Positions 28,250 through 38,282 of a stretch of DNA of 64,000 nt are shown here, one piece after another. Both the position numbers and the translations under genes were made by a program. Within the stretch, counting starts at the first letter, position 1, and every line of letters starts with the position of its first letter. A model generated the notes under the pieces. It saw nothing but the letters and a program-made list of their open reading frames with translations, was not told the DNA's origin and did no database searches. Source of the DNA: Candidatus Obscuribacteraceae bacterium (GTDB lineage Bacteria; Cyanobacteriota; Vampirovibrionia; Obscuribacterales; Obscuribacteraceae); contig JBGAHS010000012.1 of the NCBI GenBank assembly GCA_044226015.1, forward strand, positions 41,009 through 105,008, read 5' to 3'.

Positions 28250-29512
28250 TTAGATTTTTTTCTGACCTGCTGCCGGAAGTGCGTCCATTGTTTTATCGAC
28301 GACCCGGTAAGAGTGATATCCGAGAACCCTCATGTATGCACGAAGGTCTATGAGATCCACGCGTGACGCGTCGATATAGACAATTCCATCTGCGTAGCTG
28401 CTGCCGTCTGGAGAATAAATTTGTAGAGAGGGAGTCTCCGACTTTTCGACCTTGGCACGCTCTACACCGAAGACTTGCAGTATTCTCTCTTGAAACTCGT
28501 GCAAGCAAGCAATACACATTGAACCAGTTAAACGCATTTGAACTCTGTGATATTGAGGCGCACTGGATGTTGTGGTTTCATCGACCACCTGTGCCGGTTT
28601 TCGCTCGGAAAATCCAGAAATGTTGAGGCGTTGTCCTGGTTTTAATATGACAGAGCCACTGTCTCGCGCACTTTCACGATGCTGCACCGTAGTTTCAGTA
28701 GTTTCATGTGAATCGGTTTTTGCGCTTGTAGCAGTCTCAGATGCCGAATCCGAACCTTTCTGAGGGGCTTCTTTCACGGGGGGCTCTTCAGTTTTCGTGG
28801 TAGCCTGCACTGTTGAATCTGCTTGCACTGTTGAATCTGCTTTCACCTTCGAATCTGCTTGCACCCTCGAATCTGCCGGCAGTTCCTTATTTTTCTCGTT
28901 GGAAGCACTGGGCTTGTTCAAGACCTCTTCAGACGAGCCAGCCTGGCTCTGAACTTCTGCTTTAGTCTTCTCTTCAGTATTCTTCGGTTCGCTAGACTTC
29001 GCCGCGTCCGCTTTTCCTGAACTGTCAGGAGTCTTCGTGACTTTGTCTGTCACTGAGTCGGCGGCTATTGTTGTTGCTGATTTCTCTGACCCAGCTCCCA
29101 GCTTTCCAGCTTCAGCTAGGGGGCGGGATGACGGCGATTTTGCTTTATCGGGAGCAGCAGATGCCTTCCCCTGAGCTGTTGCCTTTGCTATGTTCAGGGA
29201 TGTTTTGCCCTTAGCTATTTTTGATGGAGCCGCAGCAATCTTCAATTGAGAGGTACTGATGGAGCTGGAACTGGTTTTAGGGAAACTCTGAGCTGCCTCG
29301 ATTGCGTTGCGAGACATTACATTTATGCGTTTATTAGATGAAATTGAACTGAGCTCATTTACGGGCTGTGTGTAGTCGCTTGCTGGCGTTTTGGCGTGAA
29401 CGGATGTCCATGCTGACGCGCTAAAACATAGTGTTGACGTTATTCCTACTGTTAATAGTAAGTAAGATATTTGACAAGACCCGGTTATTTTCATAATCCC
29501 CAAAACTGGCAA
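28250..29512 (-). CDS. Exported Ser/Ala/Lys-rich protein with a C-terminal HMA-like (CxxC) domain
   Basis: N-terminal hydrophobic segment, long low-complexity linker, and RLTGSMCIACLHEFQERILQVFGVERAKV...LGY (HMA pattern). Confidence 0.65.
   Translation of the reverse strand: MPVLGIMKITGSCQISYLLLTVGITSTLCFSASAWTSVHAKTPASDYTQPVNELSSISSNKRINVMSRNAIEAAQSFPKTSSSSISTSQLKIAAAPSKIAKGKTSLNIAKATAQGKASAAPDKAKSPSSRPLAEAGKLGAGSEKSATTIAADSVTDKVTKTPDSSGKADAAKSSEPKNTEEKTKAEVQSQAGSSEEVLNKPSASNEKNKELPADSRVQADSKVKADSTVQADSTVQATTKTEEPPVKEAPQKGSDSASETATSAKTDSHETTETTVQHRESARDSGSVILKPGQRLNISGFSERKPAQVVDETTTSSAPQYHRVQMRLTGSMCIACLHEFQERILQVFGVERAKVEKSETPSLQIYSPDGSSYADGIVYIDASRVDLIDLRAYMRVLGYHSYRVVDKTMDALPAAGQKKI
28804..28876 (-). 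repeat. 18-bp coding tandem repeat x4 (ADSxVQ/K)
   Basis: ADSRVQ ADSKVK ADSTVQ ADSTVQ; gaatctgc recurs every 18 nt. Confidence 0.85.
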
Positions 29513-29743
29513 TGACGCACTCTGATAACAGTTTAGCGAATCTTACAGACTTCTAAGTAGTCAGAAGTAAAAATTGGGCATGTCCATAGTTTTTCACGAT
29601 CTGCTACAACTGCAGTTAAGTTGTAATAAGTGCGCCACTTAAGAGCCACGGCTGTATTCGGAGAGGCCAATTTCTTATAAGGAAATACACCCTGAATACC
29701 TTGCTAAGATCGGGGCTCGAGGATTCTGGAAAGCGAAGCCAAA

Positions 29744-31672
29744 ATGTCTACACTGCTTAACGTGCCGAAATACATAGAGTCTGTTGTCAGTCCTGCTGAA
29801 CTGAAGCGGATGACTGTCGAAGAGCTGACTGCAGTTTCAGTCAAGCTTCGAAATGACCTGGTTGACGCGGTGTCCAAAACGGGTGGTCATCTAGCCTCGA
29901 ATTTGGGGATAGTTGAAATCACGGTAGCGTTGCATCGTGTGTTCGAGAGCCCCAAAGACAAGCTCATTTGGGATGTTGGGCATCAGTCATACATTCACAA
30001 GATGCTGACAGGCAGAAAAGAACGATTCAACACTCTGCGTCAGTACAAAGGTCTGGCTGGTTTCGTTACCCCGGTCGAAAGTGAACACGATTCTTTCGTA
30101 GCTGGTCATAGTTCGACTTCGATTTCGCTTGCTGTAGGCATGGCGATATCACGTGACCAAAAAAACGAAGACAACAAAGTTGTTGCCATCATAGGTGATG
30201 GCGGTCTGACTGGTGGCATGGCGCTGGAAGCGCTAAACCACTTGGGTCACATCCAGAAAAACGTGATCATTATTCTGAATGATAATGAGATGTCCATTAG
30301 TGAAAACCTTGGTGGATTCTCTCAATATATGAAGCGAATCAAAGAGACGTTTTTCTATAAGGAAATAAAAGAAAAACTCGATTTGATTGAGGGTGGACTT
30401 GACGATGTGAAACTCGAACCGAAGGTTTGGGAACTTATATCGAGCGTCAAGAAAGAAGCAAAGGCTAGAATTGAGACTCCGGGAATCGTTTTTGAGAAGT
30501 TGGGAATCAACTACAGTGGTCCAGTTGATGGTCACGATGTCGGCGCAGTAATCGAGTCACTCGAGCGCGTCAAAAATTTGAATGGACCCCAGCTGGTTCA
30601 TGTGATTACGCAGAAAGGAAAAGGCTACGCTCCTGCAGAAGCCGACTCGATCAAATATCATGGTGTGGGTGCCTTTAGTCCTGAGAAGGTAGAACCGGCT
30701 CAAACTGCGGTGACAGCTAGCAAGCCAAAGGCTAAAACATATTCTCAAGTTTTTACTGAAGCTCTCATCGAAATCGCTTCCAAGCTTGAAGAAGTTATAG
30801 CAATTACTCCTGCAACTGCTGAGGGCAGCGGACTTGTTGAGTTTGGCAAGACTTACCCTGAGCGCTTTTTCGACGTCGCAATTTGTGAGCAGCACGCGAC
30901 GACTATGGCTGCGGGCATGGCGAAGACTGGCTTGAAACCAGTTGTCTCCATCTATTCAACTTTCTTGCAGCGTGCGATGGATCAAGTCATTCACGATGTC
31001 GGCATACTAAAGTTGCCGGTAGTTTTTGGTATAGATCGAGGCGGTCTCGTTGAAGACGGTGAAACTCATCAGGGTGTTTTCGATATCGCCTACATGCGTG
31101 CGATTCCAAACATGTCCGTCTATGCACCTAAAGATGCTCGTGAACTTCGCAATATGCTGTACACAGCATTGACGAAAAAGAATTGTCCTGTGGCTATCAG
31201 ATTCCCAAGAGACAAAGCCATAAATGCTGAAGGCGAAATGCCGATGGAACACATCGAGATGGACAAGTGGGAAACGCTTGTTGATGGTGATGGTCCTGTG
31301 TTACTGGCTTATGGTGCAATGGTAGATGTTGCGCACACCTGCGTAAAATCCTTGAAAGAGAAAGGCGTCAATGCAAAGCTAGTCAACGCCAGAAGCTGCA
31401 AGCCCCTCGATACGGAATTCCTCAACGAAGTCCTGATGAGTGACAAAAAGGTTGTCACTCTTGAAGAAGGCACCATTGCTGGTGGCTTTGGCTCAGCCGT
31501 TCTTGAACATGCTGCGGCTTTGAAGATGGAATGTCCTAAAGTCAAACAGGCTGATGTGTTTTGCATCGGCATAGCTGATCATTTCGTTGAGCATGGTGCT
31601 CGAAGTGTTCTTTTGGATTTGAATGGCTTAAGCGCAAGCAAAATTACGAATCGCTTACTCTCACTTCTATAA
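29744..31672 (+). CDS. dxs: 1-deoxy-D-xylulose-5-phosphate synthase
   Basis: GGHLASNLG, WDVGHQSY, GHSSTSIS, GDGGLTGGMALEALN, LNDNEMSI, DVAICEQH, YSTFLQRA and DGETHQG. Confidence 0.97.
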   Translation: MSTLLNVPKYIESVVSPAELKRMTVEELTAVSVKLRNDLVDAVSKTGGHLASNLGIVEITVALHRVFESPKDKLIWDVGHQSYIHKMLTGRKERFNTLRQYKGLAGFVTPVESEHDSFVAGHSSTSISLAVGMAISRDQKNEDNKVVAIIGDGGLTGGMALEALNHLGHIQKNVIIILNDNEMSISENLGGFSQYMKRIKETFFYKEIKEKLDLIEGGLDDVKLEPKVWELISSVKKEAKARIETPGIVFEKLGINYSGPVDGHDVGAVIESLERVKNLNGPQLVHVITQKGKGYAPAEADSIKYHGVGAFSPEKVEPAQTAVTASKPKAKTYSQVFTEALIEIASKLEEVIAITPATAEGSGLVEFGKTYPERFFDVAICEQHATTMAAGMAKTGLKPVVSIYSTFLQRAMDQVIHDVGILKLPVVFGIDRGGLVEDGETHQGVFDIAYMRAIPNMSVYAPKDARELRNMLYTALTKKNCPVAIRFPRDKAINAEGEMPMEHIEMDKWETLVDGDGPVLLAYGAMVDVAHTCVKSLKEKGVNAKLVNARSCKPLDTEFLNEVLMSDKKVVTLEEGTIAGGFGSAVLEHAAALKMECPKVKQADVFCIGIADHFVEHGARSVLLDLNGLSASKITNRLLSLL

Positions 31673-34130
31673 TTGAACGGGGCGTTTGTTCGTATTTCTC
31701 CAGATTGATTTTGAACCTCTTCGTGATGGGTTCAGGAATAATTCGTTCATACTCTTTCAGTGCTTCAAATAGTAATTTTCTACTTTTCGCTCTGTCTATG
31801 TCATTCGCGTCCACTAGTGCTTTTTCAAAGTGTGATTCTGCGCTTTCCTTATCGCTCAATTTTGAGCAGCAATAGCCCATCATGAGTTCAGCACGCATCT
31901 CGCAGTCTCTTCCGGTGTCTGCAAGCATTGAAGCTGCTTCGAATTCTTCAAGAGCAATTTTATATTCACCTTTCAGGAACTTGAAAGATGCTCTGGCAAA
32001 TGACTCTTCGAACTTCATGGGAGCCCCATCATTCAATGCGGCTTTGCCTGTGCCCGGTGCGTTGTAATTTATACCAACTTGCGTAAGTGCCTTATTTAAC
32101 CACTGTTCAAATAATTGTTCGTCATTCCGTTCAATTGTCAGAGCAAATGCTTGTTCCGCTACATCAGCCAGTGTGGCTGCCTGATTTCCCTTTTTTGCTA
32201 AACTGATTGCCTGGACGTAAGTGTTTTCTGCCGCACTGAGGTCGAAGCTTTCAAGGCAATGAGCCAGTTGAGCTAAACTTCGAGAGCACTGGTCGGACCG
32301 CATTTCAAGTTGTTCGCTTGTAGAGAGTGCTTTCGAGTTTTCCAGGTGAGAAAGTACTGTGTCCTTCTCGTTGCTTGTTGCGGAGAGCGCTAACTCGGCT
32401 TCAAAAGTGCGGTCGCTGTGCTCTAATTGAAAGTTTTTGCTTAACATTGATTGCTTGATGTAACTTGCAGCCTCTGCTTGTTTTCCAATTTTGAGCAAAA
32501 TTGTTCCCATGTCCATACAAACATTTGAGTGTTCCCACAAAACGTCGTTTCCGATTTTTGTTTCATCATTTGAGGGAACTCTGGGTAGTGTCTCTTTCAG
32601 TTTTGTAAGGGCAGCTTCTGCTTTTCCTTCAAGATAATCGCAATGTGCGGAGTAGCGTTTAGCGATAGAAAAAAGCACTACATTGTTGTATTGATATTTT
32701 GCTGCCCGCTCAAAGCATGCTCTAGCCTCTGCGGGGTTACGTTCTGCCAAATGAATTTTTCCCATGATCTTGGCTGCATTGTAGGCAGTGTTTCCCGCAT
32801 CAACAGAAGCCCTCAGGTGGTTTGATTCTGAAATGATTTTATCGGGCATTCTTTTTGCCCATATGTCTTCCTGCGTTTTGATGCTAACACTTTCTGCTTT
32901 TGCCAAACACTGCAAAGTCTGCTTCATTGATGCGATAGATTGTAAATAACGGCCCTTTCTGCGCTCTTGCTGGTAGCGCAGATGAATCTTTTTGGCAAGC
33001 TCGAATAGCCTATCGTATGGAAGCTTGTCCGGAACTGTGAATTCCGCTTGCTTCCTTATTTCCGCTTCTTTATTTCTTGCTTGTTCTTGCCATTGAAACA
33101 GTGTAAATGAGAGTAAGCACAGAGCTAAAATACTGCCCACTACAAGTTTGGCATTTCCTCTTTTGGGAGCTTTTGTCAATGGCGTATCTTGAGCTACGTC
33201 CAGATGATTGCAGCTTGTTTCAAAGGCTTTAAGGAGCTCACTTACTGTTTGAAATCTGTTCTCTGGATTTTTTTCCAGGCATTTAAGGATGCACTGATTT
33301 AGCTCAACGAACTCGCTTGATTCGGGTAGTTTAGATTGGTCAACTTTAGCAGTGCTTTGCTTGTACATGATATCGAGGGCGGTGTCACCAGTGAACGCGG
33401 GAGAGCCGGTCAGAGCCTCATACATCACCAGTCCTATCGAGTAAATGTCAGTCCTGCGGTCAAGCTTTTCATTGCGTGTTTGCTCTGGGCTCATGAAGGC
33501 TGGTGTTCCTAAGAGCACTCCCGTTCTAGTCAGCTTCATGCCTTCGGCGTTTTCGCCATCGACGTGAGCAATTCCGAAATCGAGTAGTTTGCAATTTTCT
33601 ATTTCAGCATTCGCGTCATATTTCCCCTGGGTGTCAGATTCCGCTTGCAGAATGAAAATATTTGAGGGCTTCAGGTCTCTGTGTATTATTCCTTTATTGT
33701 GCGCATGTTCTAATGCATCGAGAATTTGCAGAAAGATGCATTTGAATTCGGAAATTTTTAAGCGCCTTGAAGCAAGTATTTTATCGAGCGACTTTCCTTC
33801 GAGCCATTCCATCGAGATGAATGGTGACTGCTCATCCTTGAATCCAAAAGAAAAAACTTTGACAATGTGCGGATGGTCGAGTAAGCAAATCACTTTTGCT
33901 TCGTTGATGAATCGTTTTATTGAAATCGCATCAAATTCTTTCTGTGGCGTCAGAACTTTAAGGGCACAGTCTCTTTGTAATTGCTTCTGATTCGCTTTAT
34001 AGACGATGCCCATTCCCGTTTGAGCAACCTGCTCTAAAATTTCAAAGTCTGAAAAGGCGCCGGACTGAGTTATAGCCGCTTCATCCTTCAACTGCTCGCT
34101 AATTTCGGCTGGGGAAGGTTTGAAGTCCAT
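31644..34130 (-). CDS. Hanks-type Ser/Thr protein kinase with a TM helix and TPR-like C-terminal region
   Basis: GMGIVYKA, ALKVL, HRDLKPSN, DFGIA, GTPAFMSPEQ and DIYSIG; TM LVVGSILALCLLSFTLF; helical repeats follow. Confidence 0.93.
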   Translation of the reverse strand: MDFKPSPAEISEQLKDEAAITQSGAFSDFEILEQVAQTGMGIVYKANQKQLQRDCALKVLTPQKEFDAISIKRFINEAKVICLLDHPHIVKVFSFGFKDEQSPFISMEWLEGKSLDKILASRRLKISEFKCIFLQILDALEHAHNKGIIHRDLKPSNIFILQAESDTQGKYDANAEIENCKLLDFGIAHVDGENAEGMKLTRTGVLLGTPAFMSPEQTRNEKLDRRTDIYSIGLVMYEALTGSPAFTGDTALDIMYKQSTAKVDQSKLPESSEFVELNQCILKCLEKNPENRFQTVSELLKAFETSCNHLDVAQDTPLTKAPKRGNAKLVVGSILALCLLSFTLFQWQEQARNKEAEIRKQAEFTVPDKLPYDRLFELAKKIHLRYQQERRKGRYLQSIASMKQTLQCLAKAESVSIKTQEDIWAKRMPDKIISESNHLRASVDAGNTAYNAAKIMGKIHLAERNPAEARACFERAAKYQYNNVVLFSIAKRYSAHCDYLEGKAEAALTKLKETLPRVPSNDETKIGNDVLWEHSNVCMDMGTILLKIGKQAEAASYIKQSMLSKNFQLEHSDRTFEAELALSATSNEKDTVLSHLENSKALSTSEQLEMRSDQCSRSLAQLAHCLESFDLSAAENTYVQAISLAKKGNQAATLADVAEQAFALTIERNDEQLFEQWLNKALTQVGINYNAPGTGKAALNDGAPMKFEESFARASFKFLKGEYKIALEEFEAASMLADTGRDCEMRAELMMGYCCSKLSDKESAESHFEKALVDANDIDRAKSRKLLFEALKEYERIIPEPITKRFKINLEKYEQTPRSIIEVRVSDS

Positions 34131-34233
34131 CGCGCTTTCTCAGTTACGGCGTGCCAAGCTTTATGAGATCTTGCATACCCGTTTTACGGGAAATCTTGGC
34201 GGGTATGTTTCCTTTGAAGAATGAGGAGTTTTT

Positions 34234-34584
34234 ATGAGCTGGGTTCAGGCAATCGCAATAACCGTCGGGCTGATAGTTCTAAATGACGTAATTTTGTACG
34301 TGTTTGAACTTTTCGGACTAAAAGATCCGAGCAAGATTCTACAAATGATTCTCGGCGCAATAACTATCTTGGGCAGCGCTTACTGGGTGCGTCTTGACTC
34401 TCAAAAGATTGAAGTCAACAAGTATGATGGCATGGTTCAGGGCACCCCAGAAGGGCTGGCAATTGTAACTGTATTGCTATGGCCGCTGGTCTTTCCAGCA
34501 TATCTCCAGAAGCGATACATGATCAAAAATCGCCTCATTTCCATAAAACCAGAGTTTCATCCGAATTACAAAAAGCCTAGCTGA
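34234..34584 (+). CDS. Small membrane protein
   Basis: GAGGAG RBS, three hydrophobic helices, and WVRLDS / LWPLVFPAYLQKR. Confidence 0.7.
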   Translation: MSWVQAIAITVGLIVLNDVILYVFELFGLKDPSKILQMILGAITILGSAYWVRLDSQKIEVNKYDGMVQGTPEGLAIVTVLLWPLVFPAYLQKRYMIKNRLISIKPEFHPNYKKPS

Positions 34585-34585
34585 G

Positions 34586-35194
34586 CTATTTCTGAGCAAA
34601 CAGAAACTTGCTCTCGGCGATGACTGGCAAACCTCTTACTACGCAAAAAGCAGCACTAATGTATACAAGGACCAGCGCTATGCTTGGTATTTGTGTCGTG
34701 CTCAATGTAGACACTTGTCCGAGTATTATCAGGCAGAATGATGCTGCTTTGCAGACTGCATAGGTAAAGCGGCTAAAGTTAGAAGCTACTAGAAATTTTC
34801 CCAGACCTGATTGCATCATGGTCTTATCACCAAATGCGGTGAATCCTTGTTCGCTGGCTTGGGCTCTTATTGCGTCTACGAATGTTCCTCTTATTAGAAA
34901 GAGAAGCGGAACCCAAACCGGAATCCAATGTAGTACAGCAAAAGCTATCCAGTACATCATTTCTACGACTCTATCGCTTGCTATATCCAATACTGCACCA
35001 AGTTTGGTGCACTGATTTAGTTTTCTGGCGAAATATCCGTCGAGGCCATCGCCCCATATGACGATGGCGCTTAGCACCGTTTCAGTTATGAATATTGTGT
35101 CCTGCTGCTCTTTTGCAAAAGGAACGAATAGAAGAGCTATTGTTATGATCGCAAGTACGATGCGGCTGAGTGTAATGGTATTTGGAACATTCAT
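34586..35194 (-). CDS. pgsA: CDP-alcohol phosphatidyltransferase (PgsA-like)
   Basis: NVPNTITLSR and the DGLDGYFARKLNQCTKLGAVLDIASD family signature. Confidence 0.85.
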   Translation of the reverse strand: MNVPNTITLSRIVLAIITIALLFVPFAKEQQDTIFITETVLSAIVIWGDGLDGYFARKLNQCTKLGAVLDIASDRVVEMMYWIAFAVLHWIPVWVPLLFLIRGTFVDAIRAQASEQGFTAFGDKTMMQSGLGKFLVASNFSRFTYAVCKAASFCLIILGQVSTLSTTQIPSIALVLVYISAAFCVVRGLPVIAESKFLFAQK

Positions 35195-35793
35195 TGTGCA
35201 CCAGCCCTGGAGTCAGAATCACCTTCTTCTGCAGCTTTGATCTGTTCGCCGACTTCTGATGCAAGTTGTTCTTCCGAAATGTTTTCAACACGCTTGTTAA
35301 GTTCAAGCAGAAGTTGATCTATCTCACTAATCGCGGCAGAAACCTTCGCCTCTTCTTCTAAATCGACATCGCGAATTCGGCTCAGAAGATTCGTGTTTTG
35401 TTCATCAAGAATTGGCGCGTATTCATCTGCTTCTTCCTTCAAACAAAGCTGTTTGGCAAGCGCATCAAAGCAATCTTGAGACAACGTCATTCCACCTGTT
35501 TCAAGCCGGTAGCGAATTGCCTTTACGCCACCATTTCGCACGTAAATAGACAGCTCCATCACTTTTGCAACATCGGCCAGGGCTCTGTTTTTGTCGTGAC
35601 CGAAATCGTCTAAATACTTTGCGAAACCCAGCAAGAAAAGCCTGCCGTCAAAGCTAATAATGTTGCCTGAAACATCCGGAGCTGTTTTAACGGGCACGAT
35701 TGCTGCGTGTGCGCTGCCCATGTAAACGTGCAGTTGATCTAGCAAGCGGTAGATGTCTGCCGCTTTAAGCTTATCTTCTTCCCGCCCGTTCAT
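35191..35793 (-). CDS. Hypothetical protein (acidic C-terminal coiled coil)
   Basis: 200-aa ORF tightly packed between gyrB and pgsA, with a 4-nt overlap onto pgsA. Confidence 0.7.
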   Translation of the reverse strand: MNGREEDKLKAADIYRLLDQLHVYMGSAHAAIVPVKTAPDVSGNIISFDGRLFLLGFAKYLDDFGHDKNRALADVAKVMELSIYVRNGGVKAIRYRLETGGMTLSQDCFDALAKQLCLKEEADEYAPILDEQNTNLLSRIRDVDLEEEAKVSAAISEIDQLLLELNKRVENISEEQLASEVGEQIKAAEEGDSDSRAGAQ

Positions 35794-35805
35794 ATGCGGC
35801 TACCT

Positions 35806-37866
35806 TTAGATGTCTAGCGTGCCCTTGTCGGCGTTCTTAACAATGAAGTCGCGTCTTGGCCCAACAGATTCACCCATGAGCAAATCAAAGATGTGTTCTG
35901 CTTCAGCGGCATCGTCAACCTGAACTTGCTTCAGTGTGCGTGTGTCTGGGTTCATTGTGGTGTCCCACAATTGCTCAGGCATCATTTCTCCGAGACCTTT
36001 GAATCGCTGAATCGTGGCGTTATCCATTTCTGCAAGAGCTATTTGCAAGGCACTTTCATTGAAGCAGTATTTTTCTTTCTTGCCTTTTGAGACTTTGTAC
36101 AGTGGTGGCTGTGCGATGTACACATAACCATGTTCCACTAACGGTCTGGCGTAGCGGAAGAAGAAAGTCAGAAGCAATGTTCTGATGTGGCTACCATCAA
36201 CGTCAGCGTCAGTCATGATGATGACTTTGTGATAGCGCAATTTGTCGAGGTCGAGATTAGTGGCGTTTGGTCGCAACAAACCTGATTTCTTAGACACTGG
36301 AGTGTCGTCATCTTCGGTCTTTTCTTGAACAGCAAGACCCAGCGCTTGAATCATTGCCTGAACTTCAGCATTCTCGTAGATGCGTCCTGGTTGAACTCTT
36401 TCAACGTTGAGAATTTTTCCTCTCAGCGGCAAAATCGCCTGGAATGTTCTGTCTCGACCTTGCTTTGCGCTACCACCTGCGGAGTCACCTTCTACCAGAT
36501 AGATTTCTGTCTTGGTTGCGTCTTTTTCCGAACAGTCAGCAAGCTTTGCTGGCAAGCTCGAGGTCAGAGACGATTGCTTTCTTACGAGCATTCTTGCTTT
36601 CTGAGCCTGTTCGCGCGCGGTCTTGGCGAGCTGAATCTTCTGGATAATGGACTTAGCAACTGACTCTTGATTGAGGTCATATAAGTAGTTGTCCATAGCT
36701 TCTCTGACAACACTGCTTACACAACCTTGAATTTCTCTGTTACCAAGTTTTCCTTTAGTCTGTCCTTCGAATTGTGGCTCTGAAACCTTTATAGAAATGA
36801 TTGCTGTCAAGCCTTCCATCACATCTTCTCTGACGAAGTTGCTGTCAGAGTCTTTGAGGAAGTTCTTTGCTTTAGCGTAGGCGTTAATTGCACCTGTCAA
36901 TGCCATTCTGAAACCAGTCAAGTGGGTTCCACCGTCTGGTGTGGTGATGTTATTGACGAAACTGAAACTGGCTTCAGCGTAACTGTCTGCCCATTGCAAA
37001 GCGCACTCTACGACTACTTTCTCGCGATCTTCCGGATTTTTGTCTTTATCTTGATCGGCATATCTATCTACTGTTTTTTCGAAATAGATAGGTACTTTGT
37101 TGATTGCTGTCTTTGTTTCGTTCAAATATCGAACGTAGCCGGCGATGCCATCTTCATAGTGATATGTCTCACTTTCTGGTTCTTCGCCACGCAGGTCTGA
37201 GAAGACTATTTTGAGACCCTTATTCAAGAACGCCATTTCTCTCAAACGGCTAGAAAGCGTGTCCCAGTCTAGATGTATTGCAAGTCGGTGACCTTCATCA
37301 TTCGTGTCATGGAAGATTTTGTCATCTGGCCAGAACTGAACTCTTGTTCCTCTTTTTTCTGTATCTTCGCCAACCTTCAGATCTGTGTCCGGAACGCCTC
37401 TGGTGTAAGTCTGGCTGTGGGTCTTACCGTTTCTCCAGACTTCTACTGCCATCTTTGTAGACAGCGCATTCACTACCGACGCGCCTACTCCATGCAGGCC
37501 GCCTGATACTTTGTATCCGCTGCCGCCGAATTTTCCGCCCGCGTGAAGTACTGTCAATACCGTTTCAACAGCACTCTTGCCTGTTTTTTCTACGATATCA
37601 GTTGGAATTCCTCTTCCATTATCTTCAACCGATACTGATTCATCTTTGTGAATCGTGACCAAAACCTGGTTGCAATGTCCTGCCAGGGCTTCGTCTACTG
37701 CATTGTCCACAATCTCATATACAAGGTGGTGCAGTCCCTTTGGACCAGTGCTTCCGATGTACATGCCGGGTCTGACACGCACAGCTTCTAGACCCTCAAG
37801 AACTTCAATATCCTTACCAGAATACTCAGCGCCTTCTTCAGGATTTTGATTGGTTGAATCTGACAT
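35806..37866 (-). CDS. gyrB: DNA gyrase subunit B
   Basis: VRVRPGMYIG, EIVDNAVDE, LHAGGKF, SGGLHGVGASVVNALS, VEGDSAGG, PLRGKILN, MTDADVDG and RFKGLGEM. Confidence 0.95.
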   Translation of the reverse strand: MSDSTNQNPEEGAEYSGKDIEVLEGLEAVRVRPGMYIGSTGPKGLHHLVYEIVDNAVDEALAGHCNQVLVTIHKDESVSVEDNGRGIPTDIVEKTGKSAVETVLTVLHAGGKFGGSGYKVSGGLHGVGASVVNALSTKMAVEVWRNGKTHSQTYTRGVPDTDLKVGEDTEKRGTRVQFWPDDKIFHDTNDEGHRLAIHLDWDTLSSRLREMAFLNKGLKIVFSDLRGEEPESETYHYEDGIAGYVRYLNETKTAINKVPIYFEKTVDRYADQDKDKNPEDREKVVVECALQWADSYAEASFSFVNNITTPDGGTHLTGFRMALTGAINAYAKAKNFLKDSDSNFVREDVMEGLTAIISIKVSEPQFEGQTKGKLGNREIQGCVSSVVREAMDNYLYDLNQESVAKSIIQKIQLAKTAREQAQKARMLVRKQSSLTSSLPAKLADCSEKDATKTEIYLVEGDSAGGSAKQGRDRTFQAILPLRGKILNVERVQPGRIYENAEVQAMIQALGLAVQEKTEDDDTPVSKKSGLLRPNATNLDLDKLRYHKVIIMTDADVDGSHIRTLLLTFFFRYARPLVEHGYVYIAQPPLYKVSKGKKEKYCFNESALQIALAEMDNATIQRFKGLGEMMPEQLWDTTMNPDTRTLKQVQVDDAAEAEHIFDLLMGESVGPRRDFIVKNADKGTLDI

Positions 37867-38282
37867 ATTTTCAAGTCACCATGGGTGTTGTCTCATCAAA
37901 CTGCTGTCTAAAAGTCTAGTTTGACGAGGAGGTGGAAATCTCTCTCGAGCAAGCTTTATTTTAACACGTTTGATTGATGATAAGCCTTTCAGGATGCGGA
38001 TTTTGCTCATTTATTTAGAAGCGTATCCATGAGTTCTTCAAAGCCGAAAAGCGAGTACCTAGCAGCATGAAACGGGGGACTGAAGCCAAAAAGATAATTG
38101 GGCGCCTGGAAATGTGAGTTAGATTTTTGCTGTTCAGATTTTTGCAGGCATGTCTGGAATATAGGCATGGTAAAGCTTTTGGATAGATTGCAGAACTCAG
38201 CACTCAAGGTATATATACTTGCTTCCAATTGGGGTAATATTATTCCTTAGCTGTCAACAGAAGGCACGGAAAGGCATCTCAC

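Noticed and set aside
29600..29743. TPP riboswitch upstream of dxs
   Set aside because: Only a vague resemblance (ATACACCCTGAATACCT). The conserved CTGAGA and downstream core elements are missing.
31644..31672. 29-bp convergent overlap of dxs and the kinase gene as a regulatory feature
   Set aside because: Short 3' overlaps of convergent genes are common and both proteins appear complete.
37867..38282. Possible oriC between gyrB and ribF/recF; hairpin CTCATCAAACT...AGTTTGACGAG at ~37892-37928
   Set aside because: No clear TTATCCACA-type DnaA boxes and no dnaA/dnaN. The hairpin alone cannot be assigned a function.
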